From NCBI RefSeq assembly GCF_025526975.1, contig NW_026515683.1:434001-498000 (forward strand): a stretch of 64,000 nt of DNA, written 5' to 3'. The notes beneath the pieces are model-generated. The model had not been told where the DNA came from, did no database searches, and saw only the letters and a program-made list of their open reading frames with translations. Origin of the DNA: Fimicolochytrium jonesii. Lineage: Eukaryota. This document shows positions 14,649 to 29,050 of the stretch, in pieces. Both the position numbers and the translations under genes were made by a program. Each line of letters begins with the position of its first letter. Positions within the stretch are counted from its first letter, which is position 1.

Positions 14649-15554
14649 ATGAGCACAAGGCAAAAAACTCACGCCCGCGAGGATGAGGATCTGCCCGCGG
14701 ACAAAAAACGACGGCTGGAGGAGGCTGTTGATATCAAAGGAGTCCTGGTCTCGGGGGAGTGTTTAGAAGCGCTCATGGAAGGTAAGATGCAATGCTGCCT
14801 TTGAAGACTCCATCTTCTTGACGGTTGTAGCAGACCATAGGAACGCAAGTCAAGCACTGTTGAGCCTTAAGGATGATCTCTTATCGGCGAAGGTAGAGGA
14901 GAACGCTTCGTTGCGGAAGATGCTAGATCAGAAAGACACAATCCACCACCTCGAGAGAACAATCTGGCGGAAGGATCTACGGCTGTCCAAGCTGGCGTGC
15001 AGAACCAAAGCGGGCAAGTACAAGTACTGTTTTGGAGGTTTTGCGGAAAACGTGTTCACCTCTAATGCGAGTACGTTACTTGCAGAGGCGGCGGCATTTG
15101 AGGGCCACGTTGCACGCGATCCTCGGGCGTCCAACTGACCAGGAGCCAGATTAATGTCTCACAAACATTGCGGGATATACACGATTACCCCGGCGGCAAC
15201 CTGGTTCCTCTATACAAGAAGTTCGATGAATCATGACCGCGATCGCGCGTGAGTACAAGGTAGCGTACATTTAGCACGCCAGTCAAATACGAGTGCAAAC
15301 GGCGGACATCTTACTGACGCCCAATGCATGTTCAGCTAGATTACCGTAAGATGAAGGATATTCTGAAGACGCTCTATCCAACACTATGCACTACAATCCA
15401 CTCCGCATCCGGTGACGACGTGGTAGTCAATGAAGCGTTCGCCTCAACAGAAGAAAAAGCCGTACACACCGTATTGTGGGATACCTTTGGAATTCCTTAT
15501 ATATTCCAAAAGGAAGACGGGTCAACCACAGGCGGGCCCGTATTCCCGCACTAG
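14649..15554 (+). pseudogene. Disrupted multi-exon gene of unknown family (coiled-coil N-terminus)
   Basis: ATG at 14649, plausible introns, protein-like exons (LLSLKDDLLSAKVEENASLRK; LDYRKMKDILKTLYPTLCTTIH...), but the exon at about 15086-15260 has stops in all three frames. Confidence 0.45.
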
Positions 15555-16339
15555 GATATGATATCAATGCTTCTGCATTGTTAGCGACTTGGGCGTGGGA
15601 TTTCAATGGGGAACGGCCCTTCGTTTCTGTTGTATTAAGAGAGCTCTAATACTATTAGTCTCCGTTGTGTAGATATGGCGATAGGGAGGTCGTTGCAAGG
15701 AGGAGGATCCCAGCGCGCCTGAGGTGCCTCTGTCGTAGCCGGTGTGCTATGTTTTCCTCACCCGGATCTTGAATCCAATGTTGAACTCCATACCATTACA
15801 CTCCATACGCCGTGTGTCTCATTTGCATCAATGGAGTGGAGATGATGTTTCGTCGACTACGGATATGTCCTTGACTGGGGGTGGTTGAGGCAGGAAGAGC
15901 GCACCGTCAGCATTCACTTCGATGCATGATTCTAACGCCTCTCCGTCTCTCCAGCTCTCTCTCGTTCCCATCTTGAAACAGCAATCAAAGGAAGAAAAAC
16001 ATTAACGCCGCTGGCGACGCATATCCCATGTGCCGTCGCCCGTCCAGAACTCTGCCCTGGCGTTCAGGAGGCAATGTGTAGCTGCGAACAAGAAGATGAT
16101 GTCTAGATCCAAAGCGGCAAGGTTTGCAAAATGTCCGGAGAAAGAGACGGAGAAAGGAGAAGGAAGACAGCGGTCTCAAGCCGCCGCCCTATGCACCGGC
16201 GGGCACGCCCAATAGGCGGTTGAGCACGCTCTGTTATGCAGGTTTGTACAGTATGTTGCATAACAGACTTGTGTCGATACGCTTGTTCAGACATCCAACC
16301 TGCTTTCATACTCAGCATTTCACTCCCTTTCGCAAATCT

Positions 16340-16680
16340 CTACAGGCACCAAAACGACCCCCAAACCAACCCTTCAGGACGGACCGGCACATCTGAAACG
16401 AGGGCGACGTTGAGCAACAACGGCGCGTGATCAGAACCCGAGAGGTCGGAAAGGACGTCGCACGAAATGCGGGGCGGATAACCGGATGCCGGAGGGAGAC
16501 CGAGGAAGATGTAATCAAGGCGCAAGCCGATGTTGTTGGCGCGAGCGTGTTTGCCGATCCACCAAGTGGTATAGCCGATGTCGTGGGGATGACAGGAACG
16601 CCAGGTATCGACGAAGTTGTGCGCTGCGAAGTCGGTAAGCAGAATCCGTTCGGCCTCATGGGTAATGTTAAAGTCGCCCT
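16340..16680 (-). pseudogene. C-terminal fragment of an exonuclease III / AP endonuclease (EEP fold)
   Basis: GDFN, FVDTWR..HP, YTTWW, ARANNIGLRLDY and GSDHAP motifs; no recognisable N-terminal half upstream. Confidence 0.7.
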
Positions 16681-16959
16681 GGGACCGGGTGCGCGGAGCG
16701 GGTAGCGTGGTTGTAGTCAACTGTCAGCGGGTGACGGACGACCCGTGGGTCTCCCACTCCTTGTTTTCGGCGTCGGTTATGCTCGGTGGAGGTCGTGGAG
16801 GAAAGCGGAATTCCAACATGCACAGACAACGAACCACTCCGGACTACTTGCTGTACGACTGCGGCGGTGGGTCCGCCCACTACGTTGCAAGAGGATCGGA
16901 AGCAGGACAAGTAGCTCGTTAGCAAATGCAGTTTGCCCCGGCAGTCAGCGCAACCAAAT

Positions 16960-18231
16960 ATGAACCCGTTCAACACCTTTCCCAAGGAACTGCTGGAAAT
17001 CATTTACTTGCATGCTCAAAATCGGGAGCTGAATAACACATGTCGACTGTGGAGGGGAATAGGGTGAGTTGGCTCTTCCGTGGTTATGAGGACCTACGGG
17101 TTGTCATCCTTTTTAGCTCGAGCAAGCACTTATAGTTCCTCACACAGGTCGTCAGTGCACGTTAGATCGAAATTGTTGTTGATTTTGTACGAACTCACGA
17201 GTTCTAGCGGAGACGCCCAAACTTACGGAAAGTTCAGACAAAAGCTCGATCATCCGGATTGGGGAACTTGGGCGGACAACATCGAGTACGACTATCACGA
17301 CCGCGACAACGCTACCCGAACAGAACGGAGGGAACACCATGCCAAATACCTGTTATTAGCAACCGACCAAGGCTTCACGCCCAAAGTGGTATCACATATA
17401 ATAGAGAACCTGCCGCTCCCAGGTCCGCCAAACATTTCAGGGATGCTAATCGACCTGATCATGAAAGCCGGGCATTGGGAGGTGTTCAGGGACACGTTGA
17501 ATGGGATGCTGACCGCAGACCAGGCGAGCATCGTTATGAACGACGCCGCCCGGCATGGGCAGTATGACATTGTGCGGGCGATGTTGGAGCATCCGCACCT
17601 CCCCACGGGAGATGCCTTGGTGCACGCCGCAGATCACGGGAGAGAAGACATGGTTCTGCAGATGCTAAAAACCGCCGATGCCTCGGAGGGAGGCATCCAG
17701 AAGGTCTTTGCTGCACCACTACGGCGTAGACCTCAGTCCTATTCCGAAGATGGCGCGCAGGATAGCGGGCCCATCACAGCAGGTGTAGTCGAAGACAGGA
17801 CAAGGTCCCCGTACAACCCCTTCGACCGGTACGACAGGGCCGCTGCCATAAGGGCTGCCAGGGCAGGACATACCCCGGTCCTTCGCGCCCTGCACCGTTT
17901 CGGCGTCAACCTCCGCGCGTACGACCACCTGGCCTTTTGCTACGCGTGCGAGAACGGGCATGTCGACGCTGCGCGGTACCTTTATACGACGTGTGGAGTT
18001 GATGTGAATGCGCGTAATGGGTACGCCCTGCACTGGGCGTGCCTTCGCGGGAATAGTGAGATTGTCAGGATGCTTGTTGAGGAGTGTGAAGGGTTGGATG
18101 TGGATGCGAACGGAAGTGTGGCGATTAAGGCGGCGTTTGGGATGGGGAGGTGGGGTGTCGTGAGGATCTTGGCTGGGAAGAGCGAGGTTTGTCGGACGTA
18201 TCTTGAGACTGCTTGTGAGAAGTATGGGTGA
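16960..18231 (+). CDS. F-box-like plus ankyrin-repeat protein, 2 exons
   Basis: Exon 1 MNPFNTFPKELLEIIYLHAQ...CRLWR (F-box-like); ankyrin repeats AARHGQYDIVRAML, ACENGHVDAARYL, ALHWACLRGNSEIVRML. Confidence 0.8.
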
Positions 18232-18440
18232 AAGGAGTGGGCACCCGCGGTAAGGCAGATTCTGGAAGAAACGAAGACCGCATGGGAATGAGAATAGAAG
18301 CTCCCCTCATGTAGAATAGTTAGACTACGATTAGATAATCATGCAAACAACTAGCTCTAATGCAAATGTCTGAAACTACGTTTACCAACGAAGCTCAGTC
18401 TATCGCGTCTCTTCCCTCTGCAGAAGGACGGGGGTCTCAT

Positions 18441-19000
18441 CTAGAAATTCATCTTCGGCTTCTCATCGCCCTCAGCCTTGAACCGCTGTCCTGCAGCATC
18501 AGGCCCGAGCGCGGAGCTGACCACCTTGAACCGACCTCTTAAACGATCCAGCACCGTCGTGGGATCCGGGCCGGCTACAGGGTCGATGTTGTTGATGGTT
18601 GGGAAGTCCAAAGACTGCGTCCGTAATGCTTGTAATGCCTTCAGCGCTCTACGCCAATAGAAGCAGGTTAAGACGTCACGGCGGCAGACTCCCTGATGAC
18701 GGAACAAGAGCAGTAACCCACCTATCCGACATCTGAATCAATCCCTTGTCAACGGCAGCCAGCCAAGTCTCCGCGACCCCGCCATAGAACCCCGCCTCAG
18801 TGGCCATCCCGTACCCCGCCTCACCACCGGCTACCCGCCCCTCCACAAACCCGGCGTGCGCACCGTCCCGTAACCCGTCTTCCCGCCCAAACTCCTCAAA
18901 CCTGCATCGCAGAATCAGTCATCTAGCCAGGTTTCCTTGATTCAGATTGAGTGACAAAACATTACATCGTTTCTAAGTGTATCAGATCTTCGAGGTTGAA
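18441..19000 (-). CDS. LTO1: LTO1/ORAOV1 homolog (Fe-S assembly adaptor for Rli1), in frame with the upstream UTR4
   Basis: Spliced translation FNLEDLIHLETM/FEEFGREDGLRDGAHAGFVEGRVAGGEAGYGMATEAGFYGG...W (deca-GX3 pattern), then DR/ALKALQAL...FP...LDRLRGRFKVVSSALG...MNF*; introns 18902-18965 and about 18649-18721. Confidence 0.85.
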
Positions 19001-20189
<1,189 letters not shown>

Positions 20190-20521
20190 TTCTTTCAAGG
20201 TGTTATAGGGTAGTGGTGTCTGGTTCAACATCCACCAAAGCTCGATGCCTCGAAGCGAAAGCCACGACGTGACGACGGAGGACTTCAATTCCCAACTCTT
20301 TTCGCCCGGAGACAAAGCTGGAGACAAAGGACCAGACAAAGGACTGAGGGGCTCTGAGGAGGCATTGCCGGTTGCCTAAGTACGTACATCAGAACCGTCT
20401 CACAGGGACGTAGCTGGGGACGTGAGGGGAGGGAGCACCGGCTGGACCAGCTGCTTTACTGTTTTCAGTTCAAGCCGCCGCACATCGTTTCGTCGACCTT
20501 TACCGCATACCCACACCCGCC

Positions 20522-21671
20522 ATGGTCACATTACCGGCCCGATGGCGGCCAATAGTCATCCTCCTCCCCTTCGCCCTCCTCTTCAGCTTCCTCTGCTTCA
20601 TCCTCCTCGGCTACGACCTCCCCACCCCGCTCACCACCAGCAACAAAAAGCACACCTCGCCGCTCACAAATACCCACCTGTGCGTCCTCGCCCGCACTTA
20701 TCCGAAACAATACACCTACCTCCCGGCCTTCCTCCTCAGCGTCGTCAAAGGGACGGACCACTCGGCACCGCTGGAGACGACTGTGGTGTTGGTGGTGACG
20801 GAGAGCACGACGAAGGAAGAGGAGAGGGTCTTGAGGGAGACGTTGAGGGTTACGGAGCAGGCGGCGATGGTTGGAGGGAATCCGAGGCCGAGGTTTGTGA
20901 AATTGGAGGTGGGCAAGGAGGAGGCGGAGCACGCTTATCCACTGTTGAAAGATGGTTGGAGTGATTATGGATATGGTAAGCGCAGACGACTAATGGGGAG
21001 TGACGGGGAGTGACGGGGTGGTGGCATGTGGAAATCCTTGCGCGACAGCGAGCATTGATGTTTTGGAACATCTTTGCCTAACAACCTTGCTGCGAGCGAA
21101 GCGAGCACGGTATTTCTACCCATCGTCTGACATCCAGCACCCACTCCTCCATACTGACCTCTGCTCACTCACTCCCACAGCATACACCGATGTAGCAATC
21201 GAGAAACTGGCAACCGCGTCATCCTCTCCACATGCCACCACCCTACCTAAATGCAACTACCTCATGTTCACCAATGCGGACAACCTCTATTCCTCGCGGC
21301 TCGGCACACACATCACTCCGCACATCACCGCTCAAACCGACATGATTGCATTCGACATGATCTCAAGCCACCGATGGGGCTCGCGCAACGTTGGGGACTC
21401 AAAGCAAAGCATATTCGATGACTCGACGATGAAACATCTTACTGTGGCATTCAAAACGGGAGAGATCGATCTGGGTGCATCCATGCATCGGTTCGACCTA
21501 GTTGTGAAGCATGGCTTGAGGTTTTTGAAAGCGGCGGGCGTGACCGAGGGGATGGGTGGGGAGGAGGCAACAGCGAAATTATGGAATGCAGATGGGAATT
21601 TCATTGAGGCGATGAAGGAGATAGCGGAGAAGACGGCGCTCATCAGGCAGACTTTGTTTGTGCATCAATGA
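20522..21671 (+). CDS. Type II membrane protein, putative GT-A glycosyltransferase; intron 20976-21180
   Basis: N-terminal TM helix, LCVLARTY, DYGY/AYTD, CNYLMFTNADNLY (DxD-like motif), IDLGA, ADGNFIE, TLFVHQ. Confidence 0.65.
21040..21113 (+). repeat. Intronic hairpin repeat family, copy 1 (glycosyltransferase intron)
   Basis: GCGACAGCGAGC...AACAACCTTGCTGCGAGCGAAGCGAGCACGGTAT matches the copies at 42403 and 59458. Confidence 0.75.
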
Positions 21672-22072
21672 CGGGAAGGGCTGGGACAGTTGAGGAAGTG
21701 GTTTTTGGCATATTTACAGTGAGATTTGAGTCACGGCGGTAATCTGTGTGTTTTTTTGGTTAGGTTCAGATATAGATGGTTTCCCTCGTTTTGCCTTCGC
21801 TGGGGATTTCACCTTTATTAATTTGCTGTATCGATTGCCTAAGTCAGTCTCTGCCCAGGGGCTATATCCTGTGCCTGTTGAAAAAAAAAAATAAGGTTTG
21901 TCCAGAGGTGGTGGCCAAGTCATCAATGTATTCGCTACTAGTGCCAAAATCAACCGGCTCTGCGCCCATATCTAAATGAATATAATTCTATCCTGCCATT
22001 TCTTCGAATTTTGAATACCCTTTGAGTCTTCTTAAACTTGTAACAGTCAAAGTAGAAACACACCTATTAGTC

Positions 22073-23032
22073 TCAAAGTACAGCCTCGGCAGCGGTGCCG
22101 GACTTATCAATGGTTGATGGGACAATCCGCCCTGACCCGTTAGCCCACCGCTCGAATGCCTCTTCGGACGTCAGCACCTTTGTCGCTGCATGATCGTAAT
22201 CTTCCCAGATATCGTCTCCTTCACCCCGTCCCGTGCAGTGTTTGAATATAGCACACTGAAGGTGAAATTTGAATAGTTCGGGAGGTGGAAAGAGATTCCT
22301 CCACCGAACGCCATCGTCCCTGATCCCCTCCAGCCAGCGGAGGGATTTTCCAGCGTACTTTGCGCCTTCGCTAGTAATTGCCACGACTTCCCAAACCCCG
22401 CCATCTGATCCCGGCGTATCGTTACCCTTCCAAACAACGCCCCAATGACCGTTGTCGAAGCGAGTGTGCGCGCTGCTGTCCAGCAGCATGCCATTTTCGA
22501 ACGATCCTATCCCTCCCTCCAAACCCCCCAGAACTTCCCGGATATGCTGTGGCAGTCTGCTCAAATCTGTACTCTGCCACTCGTGCGGGATTATGTGCAC
22601 GGCGACGACACCGTCCTCCCATGCGTTAGTAAGCACGCAGGTTCGATCGCGTTGTGCCAAACGAAAGCGGAATTTGGCCGACCGAGCGAGAGGACGAGCC
22701 TGGAGCTGCATGTTTTGAAAGACTGCTGATAAGGAATCTTTGTCTGACGTGTGGCTCGGGAATAATACTGGTATCGAACTTGGTAGTTCCAACGGCGGTT
22801 GAGTGATACCAGCGAGAGGTATCAGGAGATAGTGATGGGGTACAAGAATGTCTGGTGTAGTTGACGTTGTCGCTGACTTTGCTTTGGGAGAAAGATAGAA
22901 GATTTGTTCGATATCGTGTATATTGTAGAGGGTGTCGAGGATCATGAAGACCTCCTGCTTCGGGCGTCCGGTCGAAGGTGACCAGATGGAGGCGACCTGA
23001 CGGTCATTGTTCCAAATGGAGATGGTGAGCAT
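22073..23032 (-). CDS. HNH endonuclease-domain protein (fungal HNH_2 type), intronless
   Basis: FRLAQRDRTCVLT, VAVHIIP, ENGMLLDSSAHTRFDNGHW, PPPELFKFHLQCAIF. Confidence 0.8.
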   Translation of the reverse strand: MLTISIWNNDRQVASIWSPSTGRPKQEVFMILDTLYNIHDIEQIFYLSPKAKSATTSTTPDILVPHHYLLIPLAGITQPPLELPSSIPVLFPSHTSDKDSLSAVFQNMQLQARPLARSAKFRFRLAQRDRTCVLTNAWEDGVVAVHIIPHEWQSTDLSRLPQHIREVLGGLEGGIGSFENGMLLDSSAHTRFDNGHWGVVWKGNDTPGSDGGVWEVVAITSEGAKYAGKSLRWLEGIRDDGVRWRNLFPPPELFKFHLQCAIFKHCTGRGEGDDIWEDYDHAATKVLTSEEAFERWANGSGRIVPSTIDKSGTAAEAVL

Positions 23033-23356
23033 TCCTGGAATTTCTGGAATTTCTGGAAGGCCGACGGGCCCCAGACTGTTTCGAGTCGAGTTTCTCAGTA
23101 GGATGCCAAAACGGACGTTACGACGGGCGCGTCGAAATTGACGGCATTTGGGCTACTACCTATGTTAGTATCGCGGCTGGCCGGCCCCCGGTCAACCACG
23201 CAATGGCTGGACGGCAGCCGGTGACTTCTGCTTTTATTGACCGCGTCCATGCCGTCCATGCCGAGGGAAGAGTCCTCGAATTTTGACTTTCCCAACCGGC
23301 GCCTCGCCATCGGGCTCGCCGCCTCGGACTAAAACTTCATCGCCTGTGTACTGACA

Positions 23357-26300
23357 ATGAGCGGCAAGCACCCGCTGCACCAAGTTATTGAAGTGCACGA
23401 GTTGCGAAGCGCTTCGTCCTACGACGCCATAGCGGGGACCGTCGCCGCCGCCGATAAGTTCCTCGCGTATCACCACCTTACTAGTGAAGAGGCCCAAAGG
23501 TAAGGCTCATACCAGATCATATATGGAGCACGCCCCAGAGAGCTGAAAATTATATGGGCCTTAGGCGCTTGCTCACGGCAGCAGATGACGAACTTGGAAA
23601 ATACAAAGATGCAGCAAAGTCACCGGGCGGTATGTACGCAGACAACCTGTTGAATAGTCGACTCCCAAGCTAACGCCGTCGCCCCCAAAGCCAGCAGGCA
23701 GTGGCTCGTAAAGTCCAGCACCGTGTTGACAGCCGGTGCCGCCCTAGGCTTGCTTGCTTTCTTTATATACGAGCAAATTACCCACTCAATATATCAATGG
23801 CGGGCGACAAGCGCCTTGGTTGAGTCCGCACTGCTGGCGGGGCTATTGGCGTTGAACCTATGGCTTTTCGAGCGCGAGACAAGGTTGACGGCGATGGAGA
23901 TGAGCATGCGCATCAAGGGCGTGGTTGAGCAGCTGCGAACTTTTGGAATGAGTCGGAGATCGGTATGCGCCGGCAGCGTTGCATATGGAATCAGCAGCAT
24001 CAGTAGAAGCCTGACCGTGACTGCGTTGTAGGATCTGAAACTTCCCACGTCAATACCCACAGTATGCCTCAGCCGCGTGGTTCGGGACCAAAGCATATTC
24101 ACGCTGCCCTTCAACCTGATCGTGACGGATGACATCGTGCAACTCGCATACGGGGATACTGCTCCATGCAAAGTACGCTATGTGAATAGTCATCTAGACA
24201 GTGTACCGGGAAGCGAGGAGCGCGAATACGTGCTGCAGAAGGGACAGGTGTTTCGACCGAGTCTGTTCACCTCGCCGCCTGACCCGACGATCATGCGGAG
24301 GGCGGCGCTGAACGAAGGGCAGTTCCATTTTCGAGCGATGGAGACGCCGCTGGTTGACACACTTCAAAAAGCTTTAAACACCAAACGGCCCAAGACGGTC
24401 ATCATGAAACAGTTCAGCGTCCTCATCGATTACTACTTCACCCGCTTCCTGCTAGGCGTCCTGGGTGTGGCTTTGGTCGTCAATGCTGTTCGATATGGAA
24501 CTCTGGGGACGTCGGATCAGGAGAAGCGGAGACAGGGTCTCGAGTTTTTGGTGGTCTTGCAAGTGTACGCTATCTTGCCGATACTGCCGCTGGTTCTGCC
24601 GACGTTCTTCATCATTATTCGGAGCTATGGCAATGCGCAGATCATGTCGTTGTTCGATGCCCTTCAGACATCGAAAACGGAGTTTGAAGATCGGGAGGAC
24701 ATTGATGAGTTTGATGCTGCTCCGCCACCGACGAAGGATCTGGTGCTCGACTGGGGTGGGTTGTCCGAAAGCCTTGTCTGTCCACAAATTGATGTCTAAT
24801 AGGCCATTCAGGTCTTGTCAGAAAGCGATTTTGGGATCAATTTGTCAACGTTGATGTTAGCTTTCTGGCGCGCACGACGGGTTTGGTCACATCGCTAGCC
24901 AGCGCGACGGTGATATGCGCCATTGATCGAGAGGGGACGATCTCCTTGGTATGAACTCGTCAATGCCTGCGGATGGGTGTGCCATGACCTAACTGAATTC
25001 CCATACAGCCAACTCCAACTCCAGAACAACTCTTCGTGTTTGATGACGAAGGGTCGCCCGTCCTACTAGATCTAGCCGAAGACACGACAGATCAAGTCAT
25101 CCGGTTTCAAGAACGAGACTGGGAGCAGTACATAGCGTAAGTGCGAGGCTCATGTCTCACAGAATGGCAGGAGACGTTTCCATCCTGAACGACGCAGTTC
25201 CTTGAAACCCATAGGACTGAATCTTCTGCTGAACACCGACTGCGGAGCTACCCAGGGCAGGATTCGGTTGGAGCATCATCGAAAGGCAAATGGACAACAG
25301 ATGCATGGGCATATCAAGCCTGGACGACAGGGTAAGGTTCATGGAAAGAGCGGTCGGTCACTACTCTGCATACTGGATGGGACTGACGTTCGAGAGTATT
25401 GCAGCCTGCCTTTGTCAGATTGGAAAGCAGATTGGGTTCTCGGCTGAGGTCCTCCGAACTTTCCAAGCGCAAAAGACGATACATGCGTTTGCGCCCTACC
25501 ACCAAACCACTGCCCATGTTGCCGAGTATCACTTTGAGGTTCCCAGCTTCGTGTCGAAGATCTACAAGGAAACTGCTACGAGTTTGTACCATCGTGTCGC
25601 TGCTGGGATTGCTTCGCACTAGAAGACTGACGCGTCAATGCACACAGGTTCATATCAGCTCTTCACAGAAGGCAACGTCGATTTGATTACTGAGTCATGT
25701 AGTGACTATTGGACGGGGAAGGGCCTGGATCCGATGGATGATACGGTACAGCGCGTTCGCATGGAAACGTCTTTGGAGCCTTGAACTCATACTACGCAAT
25801 ACCCTAGGTTGAGAAGAAAGTTCTTGATTACTATCAGAACGCAGTCATCAATGACGGGCAGGTTGTTGCTTATGCATACCGCCCTGTGCAAAACCCGAGA
25901 CTCCTTCCGCTCTTACGCGAAGATGGGAAACCACCAACTGCTGTGCCAGACTCAGTGTACTTAGAGTGCGGCGCCGATAACAGTAATGTTGGGTCGGCGG
26001 AAGGCGTGCCGCGAATATCGTCAGCTAGCAGTGCCAGCATTCCGTTGGAGACATTAGGCGAACATTCGCCGGTGGTAGATAAAGGGAAGCACAAACATCG
26101 CAAAAGACTGATGACGAACATGGAGCGGTTGAGATCCTCCCAAGGCATTGAGGAGAAGCAGCTATGGAGCGACGTGACGAAAGGGCAGATCTTCCTCGGC
26201 ATGGCCCTCCTCAGCTACCAACCTAAAGCCAACGTCATCAACTTCATCGAGGATCTCGGGCTCGGTGGCATTCGCTTCGTATACTTCTCATCAGCGCCCG

Positions 26301-28027
26301 AACGCGAGAGCAAAGCGTATGCTGAGCGGTTGGGTCTCGAGATCGACTGGAATAGCTGTATCATTCTGTCATCCGATAGCGGCGAGTCGCCAGGGTACCT
26401 TGAGATCCACGACATGAAAGCCAAGCTGCCCCGTGGTGTTGATAAGATACGGGACCATATTCGAGATGTGGATGACGTGCCTCTGCATGTCTCGTTGTTT
26501 GCTGAATGTGATCCGCCGTCGATAAGTGAGATGGTTCGCATATTTCAGGAGCATGGGGAGGTGGTGTGCTGTTTGGGCAGCACGTTGAACGAGATGAATG
26601 TGGAATGCTTTGCATTGGTGCGTACGATTTTGGAGTCTCAGTCTACATAATCGATGAGATTATACCTTTCGCTGAATCCAAGCTCTGCAGGCGGATATCA
26701 GCATTGGTATTGACCCACTCAGCGTCCTCAAATCGAGAAATCAACCCGCAACCGGGCCTATCTCGTCCCTCAATCTCGGCGCATCCTTCACTGCCTCGCC
26801 TTGTGCTTTCTCCTTGCACAGCGATACGAGCATATACAGTCTCGGGCAGATCATCCGAGATGCTCGAACCCTTGTGGAGGGCGGGCGGCAGGTGAGTCTT
26901 AGTACGCGCTAAAGTAGCAATGTGAGTCTGCCTGATCATCCTGACTCGTTGCTTGCAAAGGCGATATCCTTCTGTATGGCAGGAGCAACAGCACTGTCCC
27001 TCATGATGATCGTCGCAGATTGTCTACTGTTGCCGCCGATCTTCACTGGGTACCAAATACTCTGGGTAACGACGATACTCCTGCCACCTCTGGCGTTCTC
27101 TTTCTTGTTCTCGCCGTATGATCCCCATGTGATGACCAACATGCCAGGTATATCCGACTCCGTTCTGTGCGATATTGTATGTCGTCACTCACGAACATTG
27201 GTATACAGGCAAGAATATGGACCACCTGAAGGATAAATTGCGATTCGTACGATACTTCTGCGCACGCTTCAGTGGTGTGATCTTAGTCTGCGTTTTGGTC
27301 TTTGCGGTGTGAGTACTTCTCAAGTCACCTCCTCAGGATTGTTGTTTGATGTCATCTCATTGGTGCATTCAGATCCCTGGAGTATCTTACAGATCGGGGT
27401 GACAACTCGCCCATTGTTTTTGGATATTACAAGAACAAGTCCTGGACGACGCTCGATAGCCGCGACCAATGGGCATTGCTTTACGCCCAAAACTGCGCGC
27501 TCTTCGTTTGCGTGTTCTTATTAGGTAAGTAACCTTTCACTCTGCAACATTTTGAGTCCTGTAATACTGACATCTCTTTTTGCAGTCATCGTATCCTCCA
27601 CCTTCCTTCACCGCACCGGCAACCTCCTCACGAATCCACCCTACCACAATCGCATATGGATCGGCGTCTCCCTTCTCTGCATCGTCGTTCAAATAGTGTT
27701 CTGCACCATCTCACTCGTCCCTTCACCACACAAGAAACCAACAGTCGACGCGCCAGTCAGTATATCACTGTCGGCCCTACCATGGTGGTTGTGGGTGATT
27801 GCCTTTGTAGCCGCGCCGGTCGTGCTACTGCCCGTGCAGGAGTGGGTGAAGGTATATGATAGGGCGGAGTGGGAACGGTTTCAGAAACGGAGCAAGTTGG
27901 AGTTCAATACCAAACTGTGAGTACGCCAGGAGAGGGGAACGGATTGTTGGCTCGCATGTGAATTGTCTCGTATTGATCGCTCTTCCGTATCCTGTCGTTC
28001 TCTAGGGGCATGCACTCCCCGTTATGA
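23357..28027 (+). CDS. TMEM94: TMEM94/ERMA-like divergent P-type ATPase, about 13 exons
   Basis: SATVICAIDREGTIS (degenerate DKTGT), SLKPIGLNLLLNT, CLCQIGKQIGF, GQIFLGMA..YQPK, GIRFVYFS, AERLGLEIDWNSCIILS, KAKLPRG...IRDHIRDVDDVPLHVSLF, GEVVCCLGS, and C-terminal KLEFNTKL/GMHSPL*. Confidence 0.88.
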
Positions 28028-29050
28028 GGATTCAGCTCCGTCCAGTTATCACCATATCATTCATCTATACCCACAATCACTCCATTATGTCCGGAATTAA
28101 AGTGATGTTCGCAAATCACCAACTGAGCTAAAGGGCCCATACCAGACTGGGTGTCTTGGGAAACAGACCACTCACTGCTCAATCCCCTTCTGTCACACTG
28201 CTGGCAGCGAACCGCAAAATAAGGAGAACCTATAAACAAGGTCGCACCGACCAATATGCAACCCGCAGCCATGTCCCACAACTGAGAGACGCACTTTCCT
28301 GCACATGCACCAAGGACAGAACACAATAGGCATGAGTCGGACCAGATCCAGCGGCCGGCTGACCTGTAAAACTCGAAATTTAGTAACAAACAGCGGGATG
28401 GTTTCTATTTCGAATACCCGTGCCAAAGGTCTCGTATCATACTCGACCCGGTACTTCCCGCGGTGCGTGAAGCCGGGCACTCTAATCCAAAGAGTGCCGA
28501 CGCACTGGACTAGAACAATCAAAGTCAACGCCCAGCTGCCGTCAATTTCCTTACTTCTGCCAGGCCGGTGACTTCTGCTGGTGGTACTGGAAGAGAGTGC
28601 CGCCGGAGCGCCCTCGGCGCTACTGCGGGCGAGTATGATACGAGACCTTGGCACGGGTATTCCGATCGCGGTGTCGAAAGCTGACATAATTCGGCGCGTC
28701 ACTTCGGCCAAATCCACGGGTTTACCCCTATTTTTCGGCTATCCATGTATCCGGCAGTTTGTTTCAGCATATACCTTCTTCATACGTAGGACTATCACGT
28801 TGTGCATTTCTGACGAATATTGCAGGCCCACCCGAGTAACCGGATTATGAACATTGTCCCTATTTTGGGCCGAAAGGACATTCTGTGGGACCCACGGCAT
28901 TTGGCCCAGCTGTGCATTCGGAGGCCTTCAGTTGCAGGGTATTTAAGCACCGTGTTCCTTGGGAAGCGCCTCTGTCTTCAGTTCTGCAAAACGTCAACAA
29001 TTAGCATTTACCAACCTCCTTCAGAACGTACCTGAAAAGGATTGCCCATC

